A stretch of DNA of 64,000 bases from contig OZ037766.1 in the NCBI GenBank assembly GCA_964035545.1, forward strand, positions 9,848,722 to 9,912,721, written 5' to 3'. The notes below the pieces were generated by a model. That model saw only the letters and a list, made by a program, of their open reading frames with translations, did no database searches and was not told the DNA's origin. Below, piece after piece: positions 1 through 12,404 of the stretch. The stretch comes from Bugula neritina. Taxonomy: Eukaryota; Animalia; Bryozoa. The position numbers were made by a program, and so were the translations under genes. The number at the start of each line of letters is the position of its first letter. Position 1 is the stretch's first letter.

Positions 1-707
1 GAAGAATTCACCCAGCTGGCACCAGATCTACTTGACACTACAACAGGACTCTTTCAGCTAAAGGGATCCGTATGCCGTATGAAACGGAAACTGCGTACAT
101 GCCAAGCCAAGCACCGGCGTGCCCAACAAGGACTCTAGTTGGCTACCCAGAATACCCCGCAACTTCACATCTTGGGAGGAACCAAGATGTCATGCAAATG
201 TTTAACTGCTTAACAGGTTATCCCCTGTCTAACACCACAGCTAGCTAGTATTCCTCGTCTATCTACAGCTGGCCAATTGTATGCAACGGATCGTTATGAT
301 GACTCTGTCTATTATTATGTCTCTTCCTGTATATTATGTGTTATTTTTGTCCACTGATGTATGCGGTTACTAATGAATGTTTTTTTATATATATATCAGA
401 AAGATGGCTTTCTGCTGGTGGGGGCGGTGTGGTGGTTCGTGGAACTACCAGCAGCACAACATGTAGGGTCGCGTAATTGACCCGGAACAATGGATAGCCA
501 ATTAGCGTAGTTGATAGTTAGCAGCAATTGTAGTTTCCCGCTGCTAACTCAGTCGAAGCTAGAGTGTGAAATAGATTAGATGTGTAACTTGTTTGGAAAT
601 AATGTATCGTTTTATAATGTATAATTGTGTGTAAAATATACTCGTTCACTCGACTTATCCTGGTGCAGTTCTATCGTAAATAAATAGACTCTCTGGATAG
701 CACATCA
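1..707 (+). mobile_element. 3' end of a probable LTR retrotransposon (Gypsy-like): internal tail, polypurine tract and 3' LTR (~428-704/707)
   Basis: GC/CpG-richer than the flanks. An open frame runs in from the window edge (EEFTQLAPDLL...QQGL*). G-rich PPT-like GGTGGGGGCGG (417-427) is directly followed by TGTGG at 428. AATAAA at 679-684, CACA/CATCA end at 704-707, then an abrupt return to AT-rich DNA. No RT/IN domain is visible in the window. Confidence 0.5.
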
Positions 708-888
708 ACCCTAAATCTGAAAAATATAACAATATGCTAAAGAATTGACAATATTTATAAATAATTTATTCACTGAGTGTTTGTTTGCAGTTATATAGAA
801 ACGAAATAATAAAACAGGTGTATTTTTCACACCAGTTTTAATGGATAAATAAATTGCTCAAAGGGTAAATTTATTTCTTCTCTTACAG

Positions 889-1371
889 AATTAACAGGGA
901 AAGTTGGTTTTTTGCAGGCAGATGAAGGATCAGAAAAAATATCTTATGGAAGTTTTGTTAATTTATGCATGAAGGTTAGTTAGCCTTAGTCTAAATATTT
1001 ATTTACCTCAACACCTTGAGCGTGACAGATATACACATCGCATACAGTGAATAATAATATTAAAAATATTTTATATACTGTATAATAAAATTGTATACAT
1101 TACATACACTAATTCAAATCACAATACAACATTAAAGCAGCTTGTCCAAAGTTGTATTTTCATAAAGTAATTTACTTTTCAACATTGGCATAGATTGCAT
1201 TTTATTTAGTGAATTTTTAGTATTTTGTTTTGTCTCTTATAGCAAAATTATCAATTCTGTATTTTCATCATTTATGACATTCTAATGATTACATATGAAT
1301 TGTTATTTCAGGATCATCAGCCAGCTAGCACGTTTAGTGAGTTTGCCACTGACCTTAGGCTAAGAGACTAA
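889..1371 (+). CDS. Last two coding exons (889-974, 1312-1371) of an unidentified gene starting upstream of the window
   Basis: Acceptor tttcttctcttacag|889, donor AAG|gttagt at 974, acceptor tgttatttcag|1312. Phases are compatible and give ..LTGKVGFLQADEGSEKISYGSFVNLCMK|DHQPASTFSEFATDLRLRD*. Product not recognised. Confidence 0.5.
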
Positions 1372-2234
1372 CGAGTACAGGGCAAAGACTGTTCTAAACT
1401 CTCAGTTAATCATAAAGTTAATATTTTTTGATTTGATGAAATTAATGTTCAAGTTTTGTCAATTTTTAAGCAAATTACAGAAAAATATTCCATATTTCTT
1501 TTTCTTTATAAACTAAAAAGAAGCTTTCTGGTTGAGAACATAATGTAAAGGCATCTGAGTTGATACTCAGATGTTTTCAGAATGATTTAAATAATGACTA
1601 TGTGTTAACTAGTTGGTAAATTCCCTTCCGTTTATTTATTCTTATATATAGCAGTTAATGATCAACTAACTTTATGACCAACAGTAATAAGAAATAAAAT
1701 TTATGAAGTGATGTTGCAACTTGACTTTTTTAACTTTCTACTGTGCAGATATTGGTAGTAAAACAATAGGTATTTCAACATACATTATACAATTGTATGA
1801 TAAAATTATTCATTTTGTGTGTTAACTGCTTGATCTTGCGTTTTGTTACATTTTTCCATAGATTTTATGGTGGACTATTTTACCAAGATATTTTTATATG
1901 AATCTCCAATTCTTAGCATGCAAGCATAACTTTCCTTATAGCATTTTAGAATACCTATATTATATATACATGTCATTGGATTTTCAAAAGTATATTTTGC
2001 CGTGCATTACAAGAATATTTTGTATATATGAACATTGCATTGTGAGCCCCTGTATACTTTTATTATCAGGGTGAAAAATTGTCCAAAATATTCTATTTTC
2101 TTATATAAAGATATCTTGAAAGCTAGAAATCATTGTAAAAATAATTTGTTTGGTGGAGAAATAAGCATAGCAAAAATAAAGTATTATGAAAACTTGTCTT
2201 AGTTTGTACTAGAAGAGTTTTGTACTGTTCATCA

Positions 2235-3266
2235 TTAGTCCCATTTAGCCTTGGTTCGACCTATATTAGCTTTTGCTTTGCGTGATTTGTTATCTAAGAT
2301 ATGTTGTATATCTGATGTAACAGCCATATTGTATTTGAGATCATCTTCATCAACTACTGGAGGTGGCTTGTAACCTTTGCTTCCATACCTTGTTAAGACT
2401 GGAGCTCTCCCTCTTATACTTGGTGATGCGGATATAAACAAGAGTCTATCAGTAAACTGTACCATGTCTCCTTCATACTTGAACATACCTTCGGTCAGCT
2501 CCCTCACAGCATTTCGAATCATTATATCTTCAAAGTTTTCTAAATCTGCTGGGTGCTTTTCTTGTAGCATAGACAGCCATTTTATTTTAGGCATTACAAT
2601 CGGGCAAATTTCAATGTCCCATTTAACATCAAACCCTGCGTCTTGAAGTGCATTCAATATAGGACCAATGTCAACATCATTACCTTCAAACTGTTTCACC
2701 ATGTGCTTAGGCAATGGCAAAGTATTGAGCATTCCAGGCCTATGTATGATAAGAAGTTTTCCTTCTTCATTCAGACAAGTTTTTAGTTGAGAAAAGAGTG
2801 TGTACATATTGCTCGTAACATGATGGATGCAATCCTTGAGAAGCACTCGATCAAACAAGTGTTTCTTCATTGTTGAGCAATGACTAGCTGTGTCTCTAAA
2901 GAACTCATCTACATTGGTGCCTCCAGTAGGCTTATATGCTAGTGTTGAATTTTGCTTAGAATAACTATTTGTTCCAAAAGTTGTTGGAGCAATAGACTTT
3001 GGAGGGTGAATCAAACAAAACTTTCTCTCTATTAGTGGAGCAAAGGAGCCCTTTTCTTGGCCAATATAGCAAAATTTGTCAGTTGTTCCCAGTTCTAGAT
3101 GTGTGTGAATAAGACTAAACATAGAATCTTCATAGATTTGTCCAAACCTGTATTGATCTTCCTCTGGGTAGTTTGGTATAGTCAGCTGCTGTTGGTACTG
3201 CTCTGAGATGAGAGCAAATGGGCTTGGAGTCTCAGGGCCCAAGTAATTTGATGCCATTTTATGCAA
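2235..3266 (-). CDS. Intronless 343-aa uncharacterised protein with a class I SAM-dependent methyltransferase-like fold
   Basis: Long ORF in AT-rich DNA. FDRVLLKDCIHHV and CLNEEGKLLII resemble methyltransferase motifs II/III (FD.V.....HH; L.PGG.L.I). The motif I position is degenerate (FCYIGQEKG). Confidence 0.75.
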   Translation of the reverse strand: MHKMASNYLGPETPSPFALISEQYQQQLTIPNYPEEDQYRFGQIYEDSMFSLIHTHLELGTTDKFCYIGQEKGSFAPLIERKFCLIHPPKSIAPTTFGTNSYSKQNSTLAYKPTGGTNVDEFFRDTASHCSTMKKHLFDRVLLKDCIHHVTSNMYTLFSQLKTCLNEEGKLLIIHRPGMLNTLPLPKHMVKQFEGNDVDIGPILNALQDAGFDVKWDIEICPIVMPKIKWLSMLQEKHPADLENFEDIMIRNAVRELTEGMFKYEGDMVQFTDRLLFISASPSIRGRAPVLTRYGSKGYKPPPVVDEDDLKYNMAVTSDIQHILDNKSRKAKANIGRTKAKWD

Positions 3267-3789
3267 GTTAAAGGTTGGCAGACATAATTTAAATAGTTTC
3301 TACAAAGTTATATATTTCTTTTAATAATAAATAAATAAACTCTGGCAGGTGCTGAAGTTCAATGCAACATTGATGACAAAGCAAACAATCGTTAACAAGG
3401 CGAGTTATCCTCAAAGAATTGTTAGTTAGTTGTCATAGCAGCAAACATAGGATAAATATTGTACTCGTTGTGAAAAAAGTTTTGCGCCGTTAATTTTAAA
3501 CAATTCTTTTATTAAAGACAGCTGTGTCGGTACGGCGCGTATAATACAACAACATGATGGACAAAGCTATTCCATTTCTTGTAAAAGATAACTTTGTGAT
3601 CACTCTGATTTTGACTTTGTCTATGACTCTATGGTGTTGTTAGTATAGGCATGTTTGGCGTGAGTATTCGATATCAACTTTTCATCATTAATACTATTAC
3701 TTGTGCCGGTTATTCAACTAACTATAAAAATCAATTGTTACTAGATGTATTCGATTGTTTCTAGATCTATATGATTGAAAGAGTTGTTA

Positions 3790-4260
3790 TGGAATCAGGG
3801 ACTTACTCTTAGTCTTACTCTTAGTGATACTGATACTGATAGTTGATACTCATACTGATAGTAATACTAATACTAATAGTAATAGTCACCATCGGGATAA
3901 TTTTAATTTAAGCACTTTCAGTTTCACTTTGAGTTTGACTTTTGAGTTTGAGTTTGACTTTAAAGTTTAAACTATTAATATTATAATTATTATGTAATTT
4001 ATATTTATTATTAAATACCTAAGAGCTAAGAGTAAGAGTAAGTCAAAGTGCTTAGCCTTAAGTCAATGTTAATGTAACTTAACCCTAGCACTCAAAATGA
4101 TTGCATTTGATCAAAATCAAAATGCTTTGCTCTTGAAGTTGAACTTGATGTGCTTAGATGATTCAATTTACTTCAACACCTTTGTTATTGGTATTAGTAT
4201 TACTATTACTGCATTAGTATTACTATTAGTGTTGTTAGCACTACACCCAGTGTATTCAGA
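3790..4260. repeat. Hexamer-mosaic low-complexity island A
   Basis: Runs of GATACT/CATACT/GATAGT/AATACT/AATAGT, TTTGAG/TTTGAC/TTTCAG and TCTTAC, plus reverse complements TAAGAG, TATTAG/TATTAC. Confidence 0.8.
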
Positions 4261-5206
4261 GTCAATGTAATCGAAAAAAAAAAAATAATAGTTCCCATCT
4301 GTCATCTGTCTACTTCTAGTTTTACAAGTATGCCTATGCAAATTTTTGGTAGCCCTCTATTCTCCATCGGTTTTATACTAGTAATGAATCTGGGACACTA
4401 AAGTAGACTATAAGTATATCTAGTGACACTTTTTATTTTTTTGTAGGGTTTTTATTATCACTTTTTGTTTTCAACAATACAAGAACTTGTTAACTTTAGA
4501 GCCCAAGTGCTGATACAACTAAACTTCTCCCCTTTTACATCCACTTGTCTACCTTTCAGTTTCAAGAGCAAGACAACTTTTAAAATATTCTAAATTTTAT
4601 AGATAAAACTTTTTATATGCATTTTAATTACATGAATTGCTAAAGTGCTTCTGTGAAAATTTTGTCAACACAAATTAAATTTTAAAAAATAAAAATGAAT
4701 CTCATTTTGAACATTCTGTATAATCACAGATATATTATGTAATTAATCAATCTAAAAACTTTTGAGATTTGCATAGTCTGCATGCACTTTAGCCAAATTT
4801 ATTATGGTATAAAGATTAGGTTCACCATAAATGTAATTATAATAATCAGTTTTGGCTACTAGCATGCCAACAAAAAGTCCCTAAAAATAAATTCTCACCT
4901 AAATCTGGATTTGCAAAAGACTTTTTACCAACAAGAGTACCAATAGTCTTTAAAAATGAAGATTTTAATTTTTTAAATGCATCATGAGAAGTGAGAGCAC
5001 CAAGCTGAATTTCAATAGTTGTTTTTGTTAAATTGTATTGGCATAAAACATGTTTTACAAGTTCCCATGTTTCTTCAATATTCTTATTAGTTTTTATTTA
5101 ATGATGAGCCCTACTTCATCAGCTCTGCACCTGTATTATTTATCTAAACAAATTTTCAATTATATTTTCTCATACATAACTCTAAATTATGTTTAATATT
5201 TTGTAG

Positions 5207-5374
5207 ACTTGCATTGAAAGAAATTTTATGAGGCTTGAGGTATTTAGGAAATTGACAGGCATGCAATCATGAACATGGCTAGTCTTTGTGTGGATCTAAA
5301 CTGGTACATGAGACCATATTTTTGTTTGTAACCATGGCGATAGTCAGCTGTGATGTCTGTAAGCATGTCAACAG
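5207..5374 (+). other. Candidate non-coding (5'-UTR) exon of a + strand transcript
   Basis: ttttgtag| acceptor and CAG|gtaagg consensus donor; no open frame through the whole exon. Confidence 0.3.
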
Positions 5375-6429
5375 GTAAGGAAAATTTAACTTGGGCATCA
5401 TTGCATTTACTTGATTGTAATAGAGACTTGCTATTTCTAGGTCTGATTTTCAAGTAGATATCTTTGTTTAGTGTTTGCTGTCAAGCTTTCTGAAGCTTTT
5501 TGCGAGTGTATGTACAAATAGAGTGTTGCATAATTTATATAATAAATTAAGTTATTATTATTATTATATATAATAATAATAATAATTCAAATTATATTAT
5601 AAACTGTAGAAGTTTATAGAATTAATGCCTTAAGCCATGGCACAGTTGTAGAAGCTAAACTCATTCAATAGTTTCTATAATTCTTGTAACAAATTGTATA
5701 CAATAGACAACAAAAGTTTTTTTTATCAATTTTTGGAAAGATAACTCCATAATTTAGTAAAATATAACTCGTAGGGGGCTTTTGGTATATAGTGTACATG
5801 TATATAATACAAAGCCCCTTCTGCTGTTAAAAAATATCAAATTGGACCTCCATGAGCTTGTGTATAAAATAGTGTGTATATAACATAACAGTCTGTTCTG
5901 GGTATTTTAAAACACTATAACATGGTGCCTCCTATGGAGTTATATATATTAAACTGACCTCCTATGAGCCTAAATGTGAATTGATTCAATCAAGTAAAAA
6001 ACATTGGTAATGAAAATAATTAGTTTATCTGTTGGCTTAAGTCTTGCCAAATTGCTTATTTCAATTCTTAACTCTAGTTTAGATATAAAGTATAATAACT
6101 TAGTTGATGTGTAATGTAATCAAATATAAATTCATGGAAAGTCAGTGTGATACACTGAGCTACTAAATTACATTATCCTTATTATTATAAGAAGTTGTCT
6201 GCCCACTAATTTTTCACTGCACTACCCTAAACTAAAAGTTACAAATACTTTAAACTATATAATAAATAGTGTCAGTTCTATAACTATGTAATTAGGTCAT
6301 TGCTATATAGTCTAGGTAATATAGAAGCAAACAGCAAGAAAAACTCATCCGTTATGTAAAATTTGTCCCCAAGATATGAGCATTTTGCTCCAATTTAAAA
6401 GTGGCTATAATCTTGTAGAGTGTAGAGCA

Positions 6430-6435
<6 letters not shown>

Positions 6436-6509
<74 letters not shown>
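6436..6509. repeat. (TA)n microsatellite, ~37 units
   Basis: Perfect TA run. Confidence 0.98.
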
Positions 6510-6510
<1 letters not shown>

Positions 6511-7424
6511 CAAAAATAATGCAGATTTTTATTGATATAAATTCTCAACTTTGGCCATTACTGCTGTCTGACATATTTCCTAGTGTGCAGTTTACTTTAA
6601 TCTTAGTGTTGTGAATCCTATATAAGGTAAATAAAAGAAGAATTAGACTAATGAAGTTATTTAAAATTAGGGTGTAAGTAACATTTTACCATTTACGTAA
6701 ATTATGTAGTAATTCTGGTTTAGTAACAAGTATTATTTGAGTACTCTGAACTTGTGAAATCCTTGATAAAATTTCAGTAAAATAATATATGCTGTCTATA
6801 TATTACATCTTTCTAAAATCTCTTCCCAAACATTTTATTTGGCAGATAAATCTATACCAAAATTGGGAAATATTCAAATGAAAGTGAAATAATATATTGC
6901 ATTTATAATATTCGGTGCACGCACTTTGTATTGCCATATTATACGCATAAATTATGTAGGCATATGTCATGCGTGTCCTGTATAATTTTGTGATTTGCAG
7001 CTGTTAGACTTTTTTTATTTAGTAATACTTAGCACTCCAATCTGGACATCAGCTTTGATGCTTTAAAGCTAAACCATTTGAAATTTAGGCGCTTTTAAAT
7101 TTTAGATCTTATTCATTAGGGGTTAAGCCTTTAGCTGCCAGCTTACTTTTCCATTAGTGACGCCAAAAAGATCTGACCTAAAAATCTAACTGGTTGGTTC
7201 AATGAGTACATGTAAAAACTATTAGTTTCTATCTATTTAGTCAGCTAATAAGTTGACTAAATACTGCCAAGCTAGAGTTAAGATTAAAGGATTCAGCATG
7301 CATCATTAAAGACATTTTTTGCAAATCGAAATAAAAATTTACCCAAGTATAAATATGTGGACATATTGTACTGCAAAGTAAAGCTGCTTATTTGTCAACT
7401 AGTAGGAAAGCTATACATCTAGTA

Positions 7425-7676
7425 CAGAGCTGTCCAACAAACAGCCCCAAGGCCAGATGCTACCCCCAACATATATCTGCCTTTTTAAACTCTGGGTAGG
7501 CAGTTTAGAAATTATGTATTCAAGAGCAAACAACCCCCTCCCTTATTTAATGCTGTATACATAATGTAATAAGTGCTGAGATATTAATGTTCTTTTTTTC
7601 TTACACACTCTTAGCTTGGAGAAACTGTAGCAGTCTCCCTGGTTGCACCAAAAACATCCCAATATGGACAGCTTCA
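7425..7676. mobile_element. Decayed hAT/Charlie-like MITE
   Basis: Left end CAGAGCTGTCCAAC..AGCCCCAAGGCCAGATGC resembles hAT termini (CAGGGGTGTCCAA..CGGCCCGCGGGCCA). Right end TGGACAGCT is its inverted match. No 8-bp TSD visible. Confidence 0.4.
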
Positions 7677-10600
7677 TACAACCAGCCAACAGTAATACAC
7701 AGTAATATATTATACTGCATAGAGTGAATGGTAGATTATATTCTCATACAGCGAAACACCTTATCAATTTGAAACAGTATAATACACTCTCAGGTACCTG
7801 TCCTAGTCAACATGTTGGCTGCATCCTCCCTGTGCCCAGGTGTCAAAATATGAAAAGTTGTCAAGTAAGCATAATTATGGCTATATTGGTGCACCATAAG
7901 AATGCACCCGGATAGTTCACTGCCAGTCAATTTCTATGAATACTATGTGTCACATTTGATACTGCAATATTGCATGTGTTGAAACTTCAACTCTAAACTG
8001 TTAAATGGGGTATACTTGGTCACTGCAATTTTAAATTTCTTATTGAATCTGTAGTAAATTCTACGAGCATCAAAAATAGTTTCCATTACAATTAATCCAT
8101 GTTTACTATATTAAGATTGTTAATGTTACAGGACGGCCAATGCACTTGGACATTGCACTGCTCGTTTTGGAGAGCACATCTAAAAGCAACAAAGTATCAA
8201 AGGTATCTTATTGTCAGTATTATCACATGTTTCCTATTTTCACTACAGTTAAAATCATATAGCATTATTTTATCACTTGGTGTAGGGATATAAATTTTTT
8301 AACTCTTTGGTGGATCAGTCTATAAGCCCAAATAGAAGTGTTTTTTTCTTTCTGATGGATTAATTGGTCTGAGATGGAGCTAAGCAGATATGTTGCTGTA
8401 AACTGGCTGCAGCTGAACTGATGTGGTTGCGTAGGAAACAATTGGGTGTCATGATTTTTTATAGCTCAGTGGTTTATACAATGAAAAGCAAGCTGAAAAT
8501 CCATTAGGCTTAGCAGTCAAATAAGTCACAGCCTATGAGTAGTTCTAGTCTACAGCTACTGAATACTCTGGCTGTACTAATGTGAAAGGTGTACTTCTTG
8601 CCTTAGCTTGGCCATAGAGGAAGTTTAAATATCAAAAAGTGCTCAAAAATTTTTAACAGCAAAGAAAACTACTGTAGCTTGCTTTAGCTAAATACTAGTT
8701 ATAATCTAACTCTCAAGTTTTATTGTATTTAAGTTATCGCTATGGTTATATGTCCTATTTTATTTCTTAACAACTGTAACAAATCAAACTAATACATTAT
8801 AACCAAGAATTAATAGGAAATAAGTTACAATTATTCTACAAAAAAAAACATTGAAGCTAGTCTTGAATCTAGAGTATTTTATAACAGAGTAACGTATGAT
8901 TCATTCTTTTTTTTGGCCATTGTTTTTACTTCGTCACAAGTATCCATTTTTAAATAATACAAACTACCTTTTTTAATAGGCTTTTTCACTAGTCATACTG
9001 AGTGGTTTGGTTTCATGCTTCATAACTTCTGCCATTTGAGTCTCTCTAACAATACGTAAAAGTAGTAAGTATTGCCAGCAAATTTTACTGTACCTCCATA
9101 AAAACCGAAATTGCCATGTTAAGCTTACGTAAGTATTTGTTCTCTGTTGCATAAAGTTGGGGTTATAAAATTGTGTAAAATCATGGAGGAATTGTTCCCT
9201 ATTAGCCAAATTATAGGCTGCCTAGCAGGAATACTAATTTACTGCTATACTGCCATAGCTAGCTAGTGATTGGTAACCACTACCAACCCATGGTTGTGGT
9301 TATTGTAACAGTCAGTCATCAAGATAAAACTGAATGCCTTGTGTAGCTCTGCAAGCTAGTAGTGCTAGTACATGTACCGCTGTGCGTGACAATTTGACTG
9401 TAGGATTTGATCAATCTTTACATTTTTATGACTATCTGTCATATCCATAAGCTATCTTCCACCTGTCATTTCTGTCATCATAAATTGCAACTATAATGAG
9501 TGAAACAATAAGCTGGTAAAATAATATGTTGTAAGATTACTTTAGAAATAATTATATGATTTCTATTATATCACAATGCAGATGTTAGCAATCAAAATGT
9601 AGAATCAGAAAAAGTACTATTAAGAATATTATAATATCTGATTGGTTCTACATAATGGCTGTACGAAGTCATCACTCCACCATCTGATTGGCCAGGGTTA
9701 GGCACAATCTGAAACCAACTGGATGCTTCTCTTATAGGCATTTATACTTATGAATTAAAACGCATTTCAACTATTCATATTTAGCCAAGACATCTCTATT
9801 TACTTAAGTGGATGTTTACATAACACACATTCATAATTCAGCACCAACTCAAAGACAAGCAAACAAGGTCAATGTCTATGACAATAAAGGTTACAACATG
9901 TTTACACATTATTTCATTACTTAATAACTGGTTTATGTACACAAACAAGGTGTTTACGGTAGCTAGAACTTCATGGCTACAATTAAGTATTTTGAATGGT
10001 TGTTCTTTATCATATAAAAATAACATTAATGTTAATTTGTTGAATCATAGTGATATGATTTTATATCAAGAAAAAAAGTCCCCAAATTTTCCATGATGTT
10101 GGAGAGATTCAATATATCCAGTACTGTTTCGCCATTATTTTTGTAGTTATTTTTAACATAGTTGTTATTGAGTATTGATTTTAAATTTAAGTAATGTTAA
10201 GATTACGTTTTAAATTTAATATTTACATAAAAAAATATATTGTACAAATGTTCTTCCTTCTTGGCCAGTTATTTTTAAGTTGATAGGGAAATTGAATATA
10301 TTATAATAGTCTTGAAATGATTGGCTAACTTATATGATGGACGTGACCTAGGTGCCAGAGAACACGGAAGACTCAATGCTGCATGGAGTCTTGTAAATGT
10401 TTACTATCAGTCTGGTTTCTGTCATTTTTATCTGATGTAGGAATGTGTTTTTGTGTGAAATCAACAATTTACGCATTTTCTAAACCTTCACTATAGTACC
10501 TAAAATGCATTTGCTTCCATCTTTGCTTAATCTTCACATTCTATAAATAGTAAGTTTGCATTGTATAACAATTCAGAATAAATCTTAACAGCAATAATTG

Positions 10601-12404
10601 TTTACCTAAAAAAACGACAGCATTCCACGCAGTTTGGTATACCCATGTAACTGCAGTCATGAAGTATGCGTATGAATATATTTGTATTTTCACTTTCAAA
10701 TGAAATCTTTGGTCACATTGCTTTTGCATCATTCTGAAAGTGTAAAATTGTGTAAAGAGTATAGTATACCTGTTTTCTTGAGTTCTCATTGCCTGTTTGT
10801 TATTTGCAAATCCCTACATAATTTTAGGTGTAAAAATTAGGCTAATTTGTAATGTAAAAAAACTGTGACAACTCCTAAATTTTGTTGAGAAGTTGTTTAT
10901 ACTACTGGCCATTCAATGTCAACAACAGTTTCCTGCAAAATGAGGTTTATGGGGGATTAATTAACTCTTGCCCACAGGCATGCTGAGTTATTGTTGTTGG
11001 TGGTGTGAGCAAATAACAGGGTTGGAAATCAAATATCAAGTGGCATTATTTACGTATTATAAAAATCTAGTTCAACCAATTATTATAAAATATCTCTATT
11101 GCTGTTTATATTAACATTTTTAGCCTGCATTAAATATATTTTAATAATATATTCTACTGTACCACAAATATAGTGTGCTAAACTAGACTGTATTATTATA
11201 CAATATACTATATTACAATACAATATACTAGATTAATATGCAAAAATACTATAAGAATATGCAACACTCTTTTATACTTTACTACTATACAAAACACGAG
11301 TACTCTAAATATGTTACTATAATAATGATAATAACCATGATTATTTTGGTGACAAACTGAAGAGTTTGCTTTAAAGTAGAAATATCTCGAGAACTTGTTG
11401 TGAAGATTTTATAGACTTGGCTTCTTAACATACTCAGATACTCCTTTACTGTGGGCTACTAAGTCATATTAGGAGTGTACAACCATACTGTTGTGATGGC
11501 ACCATACTCTAATTATAGTATGCGGTCAACTATACTAGACTAAGTATTGCCTCTGATGCCTGGATAACAGGAAACTAATAAACAGCAAGCTGCTTTAAAA
11601 TGGTGATACAAAACCTTCTATGCCCAACTTAGGAGGTCTTATAGTAAACTTTTCCAGTGTTTAACAAAAGTTTAATTATAAACAAGATTCAAGTAGTAAT
11701 GTAGTTTTCAAATAATACTATTTTGAAAGTTTCATAAATTTGTATGCGAAGTGAAAATACTATGGCATGCTACCACTTAACCGTGCTAAGCATAATAACA
11801 TGGCCTTTACAGGTGTCTGTTTTAGACCTACTACTTGTAGACCTACTAGTACTATATTTAGTAACAGAGCCGAAAGTAACAATCTCCAGCCTGGTACCAA
11901 GTGATAATTATATAATGTGTTCTGTATTTGAATTATTATGGTACCAGTATTTAAATATTGCCAATTACACTTTTGCTCAGGTGTTCAATTTTTACGTTTG
12001 CTTAGACTCCTCTAGTGAATGCCTCCGCTCTCGAACAAACCTATAGCGTTCAGCCGTGTCATCTAGTTCCTTGTCCTCATAAAATATATTCGTTTTATGC
12101 AATGACATGCATGATTGATTCGTTTAGTCAACCTAACTGTGATATCCAACTGCTTAATCAATTCTATTCAACTAGTTATTAGTAACTGAGTCATTTGATT
12201 GGCTACCTAATGAGCCAATGGCATTACTGTATTGCCTGATTGCGAAACTTGCAAATATTTTTGGCTCTTGTAAACAGCCTTTACAGTTGAGATAATTCAA
12301 TCATTTGTTTTTTAGACTTCGCTGGTGAAAGTCAAGTTTAGTTAGTTGACTCATTCTGTCCTGAAATTATACTGCTGCCCTCCATTTTGAGTCTTGACTT
12401 GCAA

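Noticed and set aside
791-817. 27-nt AG..GT bounded micro-exon
   Set aside because: Its only open frame is out of phase with the 889-974 exon.
2377-2646. 89-aa + strand ORF (likewise 20665-20877, 26687-26869, 48582-48848, 51917-52192)
   Set aside because: Antisense shadows of real coding exons.
8973-10789. Two short ORFs sharing FTQFY and LLLLR
   Set aside because: Only a 14-nt DNA match (TAAAATTGTGTAAA) with different spacing; chance or a very old repeat.
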